DNA from: a virus
Strand: one strand, 5' to 3'
Length of the DNA stretch: 64,000 nucleotides
Virus record (IMG/VR): IMGVR_UViG_3300032431_000003
Coordinates: 13,926 to 77,925 of that record
Below the pieces are notes generated by a model, which searched no databases, had not been told where the DNA came from, and saw only the letters and a program-made list of their open reading frames with translations. Below are positions 36,031 through 44,949 of this stretch, in pieces; positions within the stretch are counted from its first letter, which is position 1; each line of letters starts with the position of its first letter. The translations under genes were made by a program, and so were the position numbers.

Positions 36031-36537
36031 CTATTTAGATGATCTAGCTTTTCTAAGTTGAAGTGCTTGAGCCGTTAGTTCGAGCCCTCTCTCCCTAAGT
36101 CCCAGTCCTCGATCTCTGATGTCCAGTCCCCTGTTGGCAGAGGCAATCCGACCGAGTACGCCCATCCTTCCCGTCCTACTTTTGCTTATTCGTGATCCAA
36201 TTCGAGAGGTTATATCCCCTCTCCTGAGTCCAGAATCGAGGAACCCTCCGACTAGACTTAGCCGACTTGATGACGGCACAGGTCTAGAGGCAATCTCACG
36301 AGCCATTCTGTATTTCTTGACCAGTTGAAAGTCCTTAGCTCCCCTAGCTACGTTGTAGTAAGCCTTGGTCAAATTGTTAGCCGAATTAGCCAGGTGAGTG
36401 GTTCTCAATACCGCCTTGTCAAGGGCTTCGCCAGCATTGAAGGGCACTGCGTTCCGCTTCCTCAAGGAGTTGCTAATCTTCCGCTTGTGAGCAGCCGATA
36501 GCTTCTTCCTGAATTCTGCGATGTAAGGAGTGTTCAT
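36031..36537 (-). CDS. basic protein with AEF leader and NUMOD3-like motif
   Basis: MNTPYIAEF|RKKLSAAHKRKISNSLRK. Confidence 0.7.
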   Translation of the reverse strand: MNTPYIAEFRKKLSAAHKRKISNSLRKRNAVPFNAGEALDKAVLRTTHLANSANNLTKAYYNVARGAKDFQLVKKYRMAREIASRPVPSSSRLSLVGGFLDSGLRRGDITSRIGSRISKSRTGRMGVLGRIASANRGLDIRDRGLGLRERGLELTAQALQLRKARSSK

Positions 36538-36896
36538 CTTTGCCTTGCTTTTTTATACCTTTGGAGCAGTCGAGTTCCCTTGTTAGCAATGACTCTGGCT
36601 TGAGCTTCTGTTCTAGGAACAGGCTCTCCCCAAGCCTTTGCCGTCAGAGCTAGACGTGTAGGGCGACCCTTTTTATCTACGAGAGGAGGTAGAACCTTTC
36701 TCCCATAGAATCGCCTAGCCCAAGAACCCTTTCTTCTCAGATCGGAGACCGTCATCTTCTTACCATGTCGCATAACCCCAGGGCGGAGTTTGCTGCCAGT
36801 CTTCTGTGCATAGTATTTTCGACCTGCGGGAGTTAGACCTCCATTCGGGCTGTGATACTTTGCGGCAAAATTAGCTAGCGACAGGTGCTGAGGCAT
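36534..36896 (-). CDS. basic protein (DUF6321-like) with ANF leader
   Basis: MPQHLSLANF|; GGLTPAGRKY..GSKLRPGV..RRKGSWARRF..D.KGRPTRLAL..KAWG motif recalled from phage proteins. Confidence 0.65.
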   Translation of the reverse strand: MPQHLSLANFAAKYHSPNGGLTPAGRKYYAQKTGSKLRPGVMRHGKKMTVSDLRRKGSWARRFYGRKVLPPLVDKKGRPTRLALTAKAWGEPVPRTEAQARVIANKGTRLLQRYKKARQR

Positions 36897-37149
36897 TGGC
36901 TTTCTTTGTAGGCGTAGATGCAGGAGTCGAAGTGTCGATGATTACCGCTTCAGCAGGGGGAACAACAACTTCGGGGAAAGCAAAGGACTGCTTTCTGCCG
37001 TTGTCATTGGTCAGGTATTCATCATTACGAAACTTCTCTGGGATTGCCTCTGCTCTGTAATAGCGATCCATGTCGATAGGGAACATGCACTGAGTAGCCA
37101 TATCCAATATCTGTTTCTTGACATAGACGGGTTTTGTTAAATCAAACAT
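36871..37149 (-). CDS. small head-associated hypothetical protein
   Basis: directly after the major capsid gene; GGAGG RBS. Confidence 0.6.
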   Translation of the reverse strand: MFDLTKPVYVKKQILDMATQCMFPIDMDRYYRAEAIPEKFRNDEYLTNDNGRKQSFAFPEVVVPPAEAVIIDTSTPASTPTKKANASAPVAS

Positions 37150-38295
37150 CTAAGCAGCCCTCCGTGCAAATAACAATTTAGGATTAGGGATTACTGGCAA
37201 CATTGTCGCAACGCCTTGAGTGGCATCACGAGGAGGGAACTTAGTAACTTCTCTAGTGACCACAAAGGGACCAGGGGCTCCTTCGTTTTCTAGGGTTGGA
37301 CCCATAGCTTGTTCGCCCATGCCTTGAGTCAAGAAGACGTAACGATCTGGGTTGAAGAAGCGCATTTTCCCACCACCATTAGGCAGGTTGTACATTTCAT
37401 CACAGATAATAATTGGGGGTAAGCCCATGTCTTCAAAGAGACGATCAAGCATGAGGTTGGAAACCACTCCCACATTGGAGACAACGACAGACGCTGCGGA
37501 GTTGGAGATCGAAGAGAATGAACGCTTCGTGGACTCTTGATTTCGCAAGTGAAGCCGCAACTTGTGGGACATGAGAATTGCCGTAGGCATGTAGCCGTTA
37601 GTGTCTCGGAAGACCTCTACGTCATTCTCTAAGTTTTGCAATCCATCGGCAGTGACGTATTGATTCCACGCTTGAGGAGTCGCAGTCAGATCGGGTGGAA
37701 AGTGAGCAAATTTGCCATTAGGGGCATAGCCATAGGTGGCATCGGCATCACGGTAGTCCAAGGGCAATCGAACACTGGTTCGAGTATCTTCGTAATTGAC
37801 GAAGCCAAACTGGACTGCTTGAGCCGCAATTAGATAATTAAGGTCAGTCAAGGCTCGTGCCATGTCAGCAATAGTGCCAAACAAGTAATCAGCCAAGGTG
37901 GAGTTAGCACCGGGGATGACTGCTCCATTGGGCAATACTTGTGACTGAACAGTTAGCCCTTTAGCCGAAGCCTTCTCAAGGGCTTCACGCATTTGCCATT
38001 GACGTTCTTCGGGGTAGTCAAAGGAAAGCCCAGCCTTGAATAGATCACCAGTAATCTTGTTGAATTTACCAACTTGAGTGGTTGGTAGTTCCGCACCATA
38101 GGCAACTAAGGAAGCCACTGGGCTTACCTTGTCCACCACGTAGGCGAGGAAGTCCCGCGTATCATACATTCGTGGAGGTAAGAAAGCATCAAGAGCCCGT
38201 TTTCGCTGATTAAGATAGTGGAGAGTGTCGTCCACCATAATGTTCGCTTCGGCAGCTTGTTGCTGTTCACTTAACCAGCTTGCAATTTGTCCCAT
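37150..38295 (-). CDS. major capsid protein (lambda gpE-like, HK97 fold)
   Basis: 381 aa; FLPP, ASLVAYGAE, PTAILMS, FFNPDRYVFL and ATMLPVIPNP motifs; GGAGG RBS. Confidence 0.85.
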   Translation of the reverse strand: MGQIASWLSEQQQAAEANIMVDDTLHYLNQRKRALDAFLPPRMYDTRDFLAYVVDKVSPVASLVAYGAELPTTQVGKFNKITGDLFKAGLSFDYPEERQWQMREALEKASAKGLTVQSQVLPNGAVIPGANSTLADYLFGTIADMARALTDLNYLIAAQAVQFGFVNYEDTRTSVRLPLDYRDADATYGYAPNGKFAHFPPDLTATPQAWNQYVTADGLQNLENDVEVFRDTNGYMPTAILMSHKLRLHLRNQESTKRSFSSISNSAASVVVSNVGVVSNLMLDRLFEDMGLPPIIICDEMYNLPNGGGKMRFFNPDRYVFLTQGMGEQAMGPTLENEGAPGPFVVTREVTKFPPRDATQGVATMLPVIPNPKLLFARRAA

Positions 38296-38303
38296 TTATC
38301 CTC

Positions 38304-39161
38304 CTAGAACCGTGTTCCGTATGTAATATTAGGGGTTGCGCGCTTGATACCCCCGTCAATATAGGGAAGGTTTTGTTCCCAAACGCCCTTAGCTCCAGTA
38401 ACTAAAGCCAAGGTCTTTTCAGGGTCCACAGTCCAGTCGGTTCCGAAGGGATGTAAACCACCAATCTGATCAACGTAAACCCCGACCTTGCCACCGACCG
38501 GAACGGGGTTCGTTGCCGAAGCCGTCAAGGTAATTAGGCTAGGATCAACCTCGTCAAACATAGAGATGGTTCCCACTGGGGTCTGAGCAGTCATGATTCC
38601 GTTAGCTGGGCTTCGAGTAACCGTGCCCCCAACCAAGGTAATAGTGTGGCAAGTAACTCCATCGCTGGAGAACAAGTGAACATTGGAGCCACTTGCTACA
38701 GCCCGAATCATGGAACTCAGGATGCCGCTTGCATTAATGAAAGCAGCCATTTCAGTTGCGGCATTCTGAACTGTGCTACCAAGAGTTCCCAAGAAGGTGA
38801 AGACGTGAGTGTTGCCAGCTACGGTAATGGCTACTGTAGCGTTGACCGCCAAGGCAGTAACTCCGAGCATCAGGTAGGGCTCAACAATTGTTAAGATATC
38901 GCCCACTTTGAATAGCTGATAGTTCTTCAGTTTTCCAGTAGTTCCCGTGATTGCCTGAGTAAGCTCAGTCCGAGGCAGGGGATGCCATAGATTGCCGATT
39001 CGAGCGAAGAATAACCCTGCGGGTAAGCTCCATTTTTTCCGTTCATTTAACTTAATTCGATCCCGGACAGCCGTGATCGACATCGTGGTGTCAACGCCAT
39101 CTACAAAGGCTAAAATTGGCAAGCCTTCGCCATAACGATCTGAGTGACGAACCCAAGACAT
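38304..39161 (-). CDS. head decoration/cement protein with internal insertion domain
   Basis: just upstream of the major capsid gene; LPAG near the N-terminus and EQNLP near the C-terminus; beta-rich insert. Confidence 0.6.
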   Translation of the reverse strand: MSWVRHSDRYGEGLPILAFVDGVDTTMSITAVRDRIKLNERKKWSLPAGLFFARIGNLWHPLPRTELTQAITGTTGKLKNYQLFKVGDILTIVEPYLMLGVTALAVNATVAITVAGNTHVFTFLGTLGSTVQNAATEMAAFINASGILSSMIRAVASGSNVHLFSSDGVTCHTITLVGGTVTRSPANGIMTAQTPVGTISMFDEVDPSLITLTASATNPVPVGGKVGVYVDQIGGLHPFGTDWTVDPEKTLALVTGAKGVWEQNLPYIDGGIKRATPNITYGTRF

Positions 39162-39166
39162 ACTTT

Positions 39167-40234
39167 CTACCTTCCAATGTTTTGTAGTCTCAATTCGGCA
39201 TTGCGCCGAGCTTGAGCTTGAATAGCATTTTCTTCAGCTTCCTCGTTGGGATTCAAGGGTTCATCGTAAGCGAAGGAATTGAAACTAATCATTCCCCCAC
39301 ATTTTTGAAACATTTCAAGGGTCTTCTGCATGGCATATAGCTCAGTGTCTAAACTGGAGCCATTTGATTGACATACAGAAGAAAATGCAGCCAACTGATC
39401 GTCTTGGCTCTCGAAGTTACCTAGGAGCTCACGGTGAACCACTGGAGGTAGCCATCCCTGATTGAACCCAGCATCGGCTAAACGATTTAGTTCGTTCAAG
39501 CGACTAGAGACCTCTTGCTGAACTTGAGCTTCAGTAAACTGAGCTTCTAATTCTTGCAAGCGGAAGTCCTTGTCTTGAATGGCTCTGGCGTAGCTTTCAA
39601 GGACTTCCTCGGTTTCGCCCTCGTCACCTTCGTCCTCTTCGTAATCGCCTTCTTCCATCGCATCATCCTCAGCCAAGACAAGCATCCCATTGAGGACTTC
39701 TTCGTCATTAGCCGAATCAAAGGCTTGAGCCAGTTCTAGTACGAGGTCTTGGTCTGGGATGTATTGCCCAACAAGGATTCCGGCAATAGATTCTGCATCG
39801 TAACCAGTGACTTCACAAAGAGCCGCAATGCCTTCTTCAAGGTCGCCGTAGTCTTCATTGATCAACTCCATCAGAGCTTGTCCAATCCCACTCTCAGAAG
39901 AACCACGAAAGAAGTTAGCAGTGTTTCCACCACGGGAATAATCCTCTTCGTCATCCTCTTCGTCGTCTTCGTCATCTTCATCGCCTTCTTCGAGTTCTAC
40001 GATTTGTTCGTATTCGTCGTAAGCTTGGGCACGAAGTTCTTGGGCTTCTTCGTAAGTCAGAAGTCCCTCTTCTTCGCCGTCATCAATGCTGTTGATGGTC
40101 GCTTCGTAAACTTCGTCGATGTTTTCAATGGCAGTGGCAAGAATCTCTTCTTCGGAGAGTTCTTCCTCTTGGTTGTCATCGTACTCATCGGCATATTGGT
40201 TTGCGTAGCGAGTTGGTCTTTCTTTTGTGTACAT
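39167..40234 (-). CDS. acidic scaffolding/prohead core protein
   Basis: 355 aa, extremely Glu/Asp-rich with coiled coil; upstream of decoration and capsid genes; AAGGAG RBS. Confidence 0.7.
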   Translation of the reverse strand: MYTKERPTRYANQYADEYDDNQEEELSEEEILATAIENIDEVYEATINSIDDGEEEGLLTYEEAQELRAQAYDEYEQIVELEEGDEDDEDDEEDDEEDYSRGGNTANFFRGSSESGIGQALMELINEDYGDLEEGIAALCEVTGYDAESIAGILVGQYIPDQDLVLELAQAFDSANDEEVLNGMLVLAEDDAMEEGDYEEDEGDEGETEEVLESYARAIQDKDFRLQELEAQFTEAQVQQEVSSRLNELNRLADAGFNQGWLPPVVHRELLGNFESQDDQLAAFSSVCQSNGSSLDTELYAMQKTLEMFQKCGGMISFNSFAYDEPLNPNEEAEENAIQAQARRNAELRLQNIGR

Positions 40235-40269
40235 TATTTACTCCTTATTTAGTAAGTTCAAAAACGGGC

Positions 40270-40653
40270 TTATCTGTATTTCCGCTTCTTAGACCTCCGA
40301 ATCTTTCTACCAAGAGCCTTGGCTCCTCGGTAGGCTCCATAGCCAAGAGCAACGGTTCCCGCAGCTTTCAAGGCATTACTCGTACCACTCAAAACGCCCC
40401 CACCAACGGCTCCAGCAGCACCGCCTGCAACAGGGTTAAACCCCATCCCTTTTGCTGCGGCAGCACTCGCTGTTCCACCGATTATTCCACCCCTAAGCAG
40501 TCCCAGTCCTCCACCAGCGAGAGCCCCGTACTTGACTGCCTTACCTAGTCGGATACCTTTTCGGCTTTTCTTGCCACCCAAGGGAGAGGCAAATTCAGCC
40601 CGAAGAGGCTCGTCGTAATACATTGAGAAAGCTGCGTCCAGCATTGTGTACAT
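40270..40653 (-). CDS. leader-bearing cationic Gly-rich protein (cargo array member)
   Basis: MYTMLDAAFSMYYDEPLRAEF| followed by a K/R-rich core with a Gly-zipper segment. Confidence 0.8.
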   Translation of the reverse strand: MYTMLDAAFSMYYDEPLRAEFASPLGGKKSRKGIRLGKAVKYGALAGGGLGLLRGGIIGGTASAAAAKGMGFNPVAGGAAGAVGGGVLSGTSNALKAAGTVALGYGAYRGAKALGRKIRRSKKRKYR

Positions 40654-40665
40654 TGTTTACTCCTA

Positions 40666-41043
40666 TTAACCTTTAGTGCCTCTACGTCGTTTCAAGCCAA
40701 TCTTTCGACGAGCTCGATGTCCAGTAGCTTTGATAGAGCGAACAGCCCTGTAGGCTCCGTAGCCAGCAAGTCCTCCTGCTAGACCAGTTGCGGCTCCCTT
40801 TAGACTCTCCGAAGCTATTGGTCTGACCATTCCCTTCGCTACATCCGTTGGGCTCCGTCCAGCCTTTCTGCTGATGTATTGACGAGAAGCTTCACCGAGC
40901 CCAAGTCCAACGGCTCCCCCAAGGACACTATTGCGAATACCCTGCTTTAGAGCCCTTTTATTTTTCTTTGACATACCAAACTCAGCTTGGAGAGGCTCGT
41001 CGTAATACATTGAGAAAGCTGCGTCTAACATCGAATATTCCAT
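40666..41043 (-). CDS. leader-bearing cationic protein (cargo array member)
   Basis: MEYSMLDAAFSMYYDEPLQAEF|; start reassigned to 41043; 35 bp identical to the neighbouring leader (40604-40638 vs 40991-41025). Confidence 0.8.
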   Translation of the reverse strand: MEYSMLDAAFSMYYDEPLQAEFGMSKKNKRALKQGIRNSVLGGAVGLGLGEASRQYISRKAGRSPTDVAKGMVRPIASESLKGAATGLAGGLAGYGAYRAVRSIKATGHRARRKIGLKRRRGTKG

Positions 41044-41047
41044 GTCT

Positions 41048-41449
41048 TTATATCTTGGGGAATTTGAGTGCATTCTGGGCGGCAGTAACGTTGGCAGAGG
41101 CTCCAGCCTTGGCTCCAGCAAAGACTGGCTTGACTAGTCTAGTTCCCCTAGCCCCAGAAGCATAGGCTGTCTTGCCAGCACCGTAGCCACCCTTGCCTGC
41201 CCCGTGAAGCCCAGCCCCAATGACTGATGCCTTTATTGGGTTCTTGGCAACAAAGGCTCCGACTTTTTTGAGTTGCGTATTGGCAGCCCCAGCTAGCCGA
41301 CCAGCCCCTCGCCTAGCCAAGAGAGCGGCGCGTTTCGCCTTCCTCCCTGCCCGACGAAGAAATCCTCGCTTACCAGGGGGAGCAGCGCCTTCGTTGAAAT
41401 TGGCGGAAGCGTAGAGTTCGTGGGCTGAGTCGATTAGTGTGTATGCCAT
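41048..41449 (-). CDS. leader-bearing cationic protein (cargo array member)
   Basis: MAYTLIDSAHELYASANF|; start reassigned to 41449 with AAGGA RBS. Confidence 0.8.
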   Translation of the reverse strand: MAYTLIDSAHELYASANFNEGAAPPGKRGFLRRAGRKAKRAALLARRGAGRLAGAANTQLKKVGAFVAKNPIKASVIGAGLHGAGKGGYGAGKTAYASGARGTRLVKPVFAGAKAGASANVTAAQNALKFPKI

Positions 41450-41462
41450 GTTGATCCTTGAT

Positions 41463-41822
41463 TTATCGGGGCATTCTTTGACTATTTCTGAAGTTCTTGG
41501 CAGATTGAACGGCTTGAGCCCTATTGGTGGACTTTGGACTGTTGGCAACTCGCTTAGCTACAGAACCCGCATAAAGTCCACCAGCCCCAAGAGCTAAAGC
41601 CCCGCCAGCCCCAAGAGCCACCTTACCCTTGTTTCGCATGGCAACTCCGCCAGCCCTTCGAGCTAAAGACCCTGCGCCTCTACCTGCTCGTCCAGCCATC
41701 TGTCCAGCCCGTCCTGCAAAAACTTTAGCTTTTCGCCCTGCCTTACGAAGCATTCCTGCCTTAGAGAATTCTGCTTCGGGGTAGTACATTTCGTAAGCGG
41801 CATCTAATAATGTGTAAGCCAT
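41463..41822 (-). CDS. leader-bearing cationic protein (cargo array member)
   Basis: MAYTLLDAAYEMYYPEAEF|SKAGMLRKAGRK. Confidence 0.8.
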   Translation of the reverse strand: MAYTLLDAAYEMYYPEAEFSKAGMLRKAGRKAKVFAGRAGQMAGRAGRGAGSLARRAGGVAMRNKGKVALGAGGALALGAGGLYAGSVAKRVANSPKSTNRAQAVQSAKNFRNSQRMPR

Positions 41823-41843
41823 CTGCGGTTTCCTCTGTTTCGT

Positions 41844-42119
41844 TTATTTTTTGCGGAAGGGGTTCATTCGTCGAAGCCCACCGCCAATGTCCTTTTTAAT
41901 CCGTTGACCAACTCCGTAGGCAAAGGCTTCATCGGGAGCACGGGGTTGTCGTTTTCGAGGCTTTGTTTCTCGGTGCATCGCTCTTTCCCCAGCGTTGAGG
42001 TATCGATACTTTGCTGCCTTGAGCCTCGTCTTAACTTTCTTGAATGTCCGCTTACCCATTGCAAACTCAGCTTTCTGGGGGCGAAATTCAAGTGCAGATT
42101 CTAGTAGTGTGTATGCCAC
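41844..42119 (-). CDS. leader-bearing cationic protein (cargo array member)
   Basis: GTG start with GGAGG RBS; MAYTLLESALEFRPQKAEF|AMGKR. Confidence 0.8.
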   Translation of the reverse strand: MAYTLLESALEFRPQKAEFAMGKRTFKKVKTRLKAAKYRYLNAGERAMHRETKPRKRQPRAPDEAFAYGVGQRIKKDIGGGLRRMNPFRKK

Positions 42120-42134
42120 TTGTTTCCTCCCTGA

Positions 42135-42452
42135 CTATCTTCTTCGTGGAAGAGCTCTTCGTGCAACCTTGTCAGTGCTCATCTCTCTCATCAGCCCTCT
42201 CATTTCGGGGGTTTGGCGAAGCATTGCTCCTCCACCCTTATTCCACCGCTTAGCCGCCGCTTCCGTTCTGCCTGTCTTGTACCCTAGCCTGAAGTTTTTC
42301 TTATATTTCTTAGCCTTCATTCCACCTAGCCGGGCGTAACTCTTGGCTTTCCGACCAACTCCGCTAAGCGCAGCCCTACCTCTGTCTAGCAATCCGAATT
42401 CTGCTTCGGGGTAATACATTTCGTAAGCTGCATCTAATAATGTGTAAGCCAT
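42135..42452 (-). CDS. leader-bearing cationic protein (tandem duplicate of 42502..42819)
   Basis: MAYTLLDAAYEMYYPEAEF|GLLDRGRAA; AAGGAG RBS. Confidence 0.85.
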   Translation of the reverse strand: MAYTLLDAAYEMYYPEAEFGLLDRGRAALSGVGRKAKSYARLGGMKAKKYKKNFRLGYKTGRTEAAAKRWNKGGGAMLRQTPEMRGLMREMSTDKVARRALPRRR

Positions 42453-42501
42453 CTGTGGTCTCCTTAGTCGTGTTTATTTTTGCGGGTTAGTTTCTCTCTG
42501 G

Positions 42502-42819
42502 CTATCTTCTTCGTGGAAGGGCTTTTCGCCCAACCTTGTCGCTGCTCATCCCTCTCACAGCCGCCCTAACGTCGGGGTCTATCCGAAGTATTGGTCCCCC
42601 AGTCCGATTCCACCGCTTAGCCGCCGCTTGCGTTGCACCTGTCTTATACCCTTTCTTAAAGTCTTTCTTAGCTTTCCTAGCCTTCATCCCGGCTAGACGG
42701 GCGTAACTCTTGGCTTTTCGACCAACTCCGCTAAGCGCAGCCCTACCTCTGTCTAGCAATCCGAATTCCGCTTCGGGGTAATACATTTCGTAAGCTGCAT
42801 CTAATAATGTGTAAGCCAT
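42502..42819 (-). CDS. leader-bearing cationic protein (tandem duplicate of 42135..42452)
   Basis: same leader and length; 367-bp duplication period. Confidence 0.85.
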   Translation of the reverse strand: MAYTLLDAAYEMYYPEAEFGLLDRGRAALSGVGRKAKSYARLAGMKARKAKKDFKKGYKTGATQAAAKRWNRTGGPILRIDPDVRAAVRGMSSDKVGRKALPRRR

Positions 42820-42845
42820 TCGTGGTCTCCTTTGTTTTGTACTTA

Positions 42846-43904
42846 TTAACGTTTGCCAGGTCGAAATGTCGAAAGAGAAGACGAACCCAGGGTTCTTGCC
42901 GTTACATCGACAGTTTTCTTGCCAGCGGGAACGCTAGATTCCTTCTTCCTCAGTGCATCTCGATACCTTGCACCTTGAATTAAATTGTGTCCTGTCTTGT
43001 ACAGTCCCAACGCAAGTACCGTAGAGCGGATGGGGTTTTGAGCCATAGTCTTGAGTTCTCGCCCTATCACCCGACCAGCGGCTCCGGCTCCCCTTCTCAG
43101 TCCTCGACCAGCTCTTCTTCCCCCAATCTTCGCTTTCCTCAAGACTCTAGATTCCGATCTCTTGAAGTCAATTACTGAAGATCGGGATCGAAGTCTTCGT
43201 TGATTAAATCGAACGACTCCTCCTCTACTAGCTCGAAAACCAAGCCATCTTTTCCGAGTGGCTATATCTCTAGCAGCCTTCTCTTTAGCCCAGTTCTTGC
43301 CCTTCTCGATTGCACTACCTGCCACCTGGGAAGCCTTACTAGTCAACTCTCTTCTTTTTGCTATGTCCTCTTCGGCAATTCCCTTGAGTGCTTGCTTGAC
43401 ATTCTTTAGAACAGGCTTCGCTTTTCTTCTCACCAGTCGAACACCAGCTTCAACTCTCTTGCTTTTCTTTTGAGTCCAAATCCCGACATTCTTCTTGACT
43501 CCTTTGACGGTCTGAACAGCCTGCCCTGTTAGCTCTTTTCTCTTCGCAATGTCCTTGGTAGCTCTGTTGTTGCCCCAGTCTTTTGCCTTTTGGATTTGCT
43601 GATTGGTTTGCTTCTGGACTTGTTGATTGGCTCCCACAGGGATACCCTTGCCGAATTCCTCTCCAGCAGTATTAAACCCCTGCTTTACCCTTTTCCCCGA
43701 TTCATTCTTGATGGCGGAAATAGTTGCCCCAATTTTCTTGCGGTTCAAGTAAAGCCCAGCGGCTCCAGCGGCAGCAAGGCGAGTCCCCATCCCTTTCTTT
43801 GTCCTGCCTATAGCAAGCCTGCCTATCCGCTTTAGTCCAGCCCTAACTTTGCCGGACTTAAATTCAATTCTGTCGGGGGTAATGTCACCCATTACTACTA
43901 GCAT
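42846..43904 (-). CDS. long cationic protein with IEF leader, possible polyprotein
   Basis: MLVVMGDITPDRIEF|KSGK; internal VVRF and VIDF motifs; DIA(K/T)R(K/R) repeated three times. Confidence 0.75.
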   Translation of the reverse strand: MLVVMGDITPDRIEFKSGKVRAGLKRIGRLAIGRTKKGMGTRLAAAGAAGLYLNRKKIGATISAIKNESGKRVKQGFNTAGEEFGKGIPVGANQQVQKQTNQQIQKAKDWGNNRATKDIAKRKELTGQAVQTVKGVKKNVGIWTQKKSKRVEAGVRLVRRKAKPVLKNVKQALKGIAEEDIAKRRELTSKASQVAGSAIEKGKNWAKEKAARDIATRKRWLGFRASRGGVVRFNQRRLRSRSSVIDFKRSESRVLRKAKIGGRRAGRGLRRGAGAAGRVIGRELKTMAQNPIRSTVLALGLYKTGHNLIQGARYRDALRKKESSVPAGKKTVDVTARTLGSSSLSTFRPGKR

Positions 43905-44837
43905 TTATCTAGCCCTCCGTCCCGAAGCCCTCTTCAGTATTTTGGCAAAATTAGCCAATTTACCTGCATTGGCGGACATCTTTGCTTGAGACAAGTCTTG
44001 CTGCCTTGTGACGTAGCTAGGGTCTTGCATCCCACTCATTCCTGGGTAGCCATCGGGGGCATCTTCGCCACCATCTAATCCCAAGAGTTCAGCGAGACGA
44101 TCCGAGAGACCACCAATGGCATCTTCGACAAGCATCGCTGGGTCTTCGCCCATCAAGGTTGATTCGTCTGCCTGAGAAATACAGGTAACAATCTCCCAGA
44201 ATTTCTCAGTGATTTCTTCGTACTGTTCCTTGAGTTCGTCGATTTGGGTTTGCTCCTCTTCTGCATCATCCCAAGTCAGCGAAAAACGAGCATCACTGTT
44301 GTGCTGCCTGAAAATACTCAGTCCAACAATGGCTGGCTGAGGAGTTGCCGAGATTTCCTTGATAGTATTCGTAGCTACATCGATACCGGGAGAAAGAGTC
44401 TTGATTCTTCCCGACATTACCTGAGCTACAATATCTTCGCCCTTGGCTACTAACTGCCCAAAAGCTCCCAACTTACCGACCAGCTTTCTTAGTCGGGGAT
44501 TAGGAAGGTCATTTTCAGTAATGATGCGGATTTCCAACTCGCCTTCTAAGTCACCAATGTTGGCACTCTGAGTCTTGTCGTGGTCTTTTTGCCAAGGGAT
44601 TCTGCCGCCAGCCCGAAGGAAGGCATTGGTTTTCTCAACTAAATCACGAAGTCTTTCTTGGGAGAAGGTGTGGGGTCGCTTCTGGGAGTCGTGGTGATTG
44701 CCTTCAATCATCAGCAAGGCTTCCTTGATTAGAACACCGTCTTCTTGGTCTTCTTCGGCAAAGCTGGCGGGAGTAAGCCCCAGTCCAAATGGGGAAAGAA
44801 ATTCTAGTCGTTTTGACCGAGGTTTTGGTTTGGGCAT
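43905..44837 (-). CDS. prohead maturation protease (Mu gpI-like) with acidic C-terminal domain
   Basis: IPWQKDHD..ANIG (His), IKTLSPGI (Ser) and ISATPQPAIVGL motifs of herpes/U35-fold phage proteases. Confidence 0.75.
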   Translation of the reverse strand: MPKPKPRSKRLEFLSPFGLGLTPASFAEEDQEDGVLIKEALLMIEGNHHDSQKRPHTFSQERLRDLVEKTNAFLRAGGRIPWQKDHDKTQSANIGDLEGELEIRIITENDLPNPRLRKLVGKLGAFGQLVAKGEDIVAQVMSGRIKTLSPGIDVATNTIKEISATPQPAIVGLSIFRQHNSDARFSLTWDDAEEEQTQIDELKEQYEEITEKFWEIVTCISQADESTLMGEDPAMLVEDAIGGLSDRLAELLGLDGGEDAPDGYPGMSGMQDPSYVTRQQDLSQAKMSANAGKLANFAKILKRASGRRAR

Positions 44838-44949
44838 TTTGGACAGAATAGAAGGTGCTCATTCCAGACTAATGGAGCTTAACTACCTTTTTCTTTAAGC
44901 CAAAATCCCTAGCATTACATTTTCGTTGTTAACTCTAGCTTTGTAATAA

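Noticed and set aside
39749-40252. Phe/Val-rich 167-aa ORF resembling a membrane protein
   Set aside because: Reverse complement of the Glu/Asp codons of the scaffold gene
40270-42819. Leader-core genes as RiPP precursors
   Set aside because: No modifying enzymes or peptidase-transporter nearby, no double-Gly leader, and the context is head morphogenesis; cannot be fully excluded
40600-42830. Repeated 35-57 bp blocks as a possible CRISPR array
   Set aside because: The repeats are in-frame coding leaders with RBS, separated by about 300-600 bp of coding sequence; no cas genes
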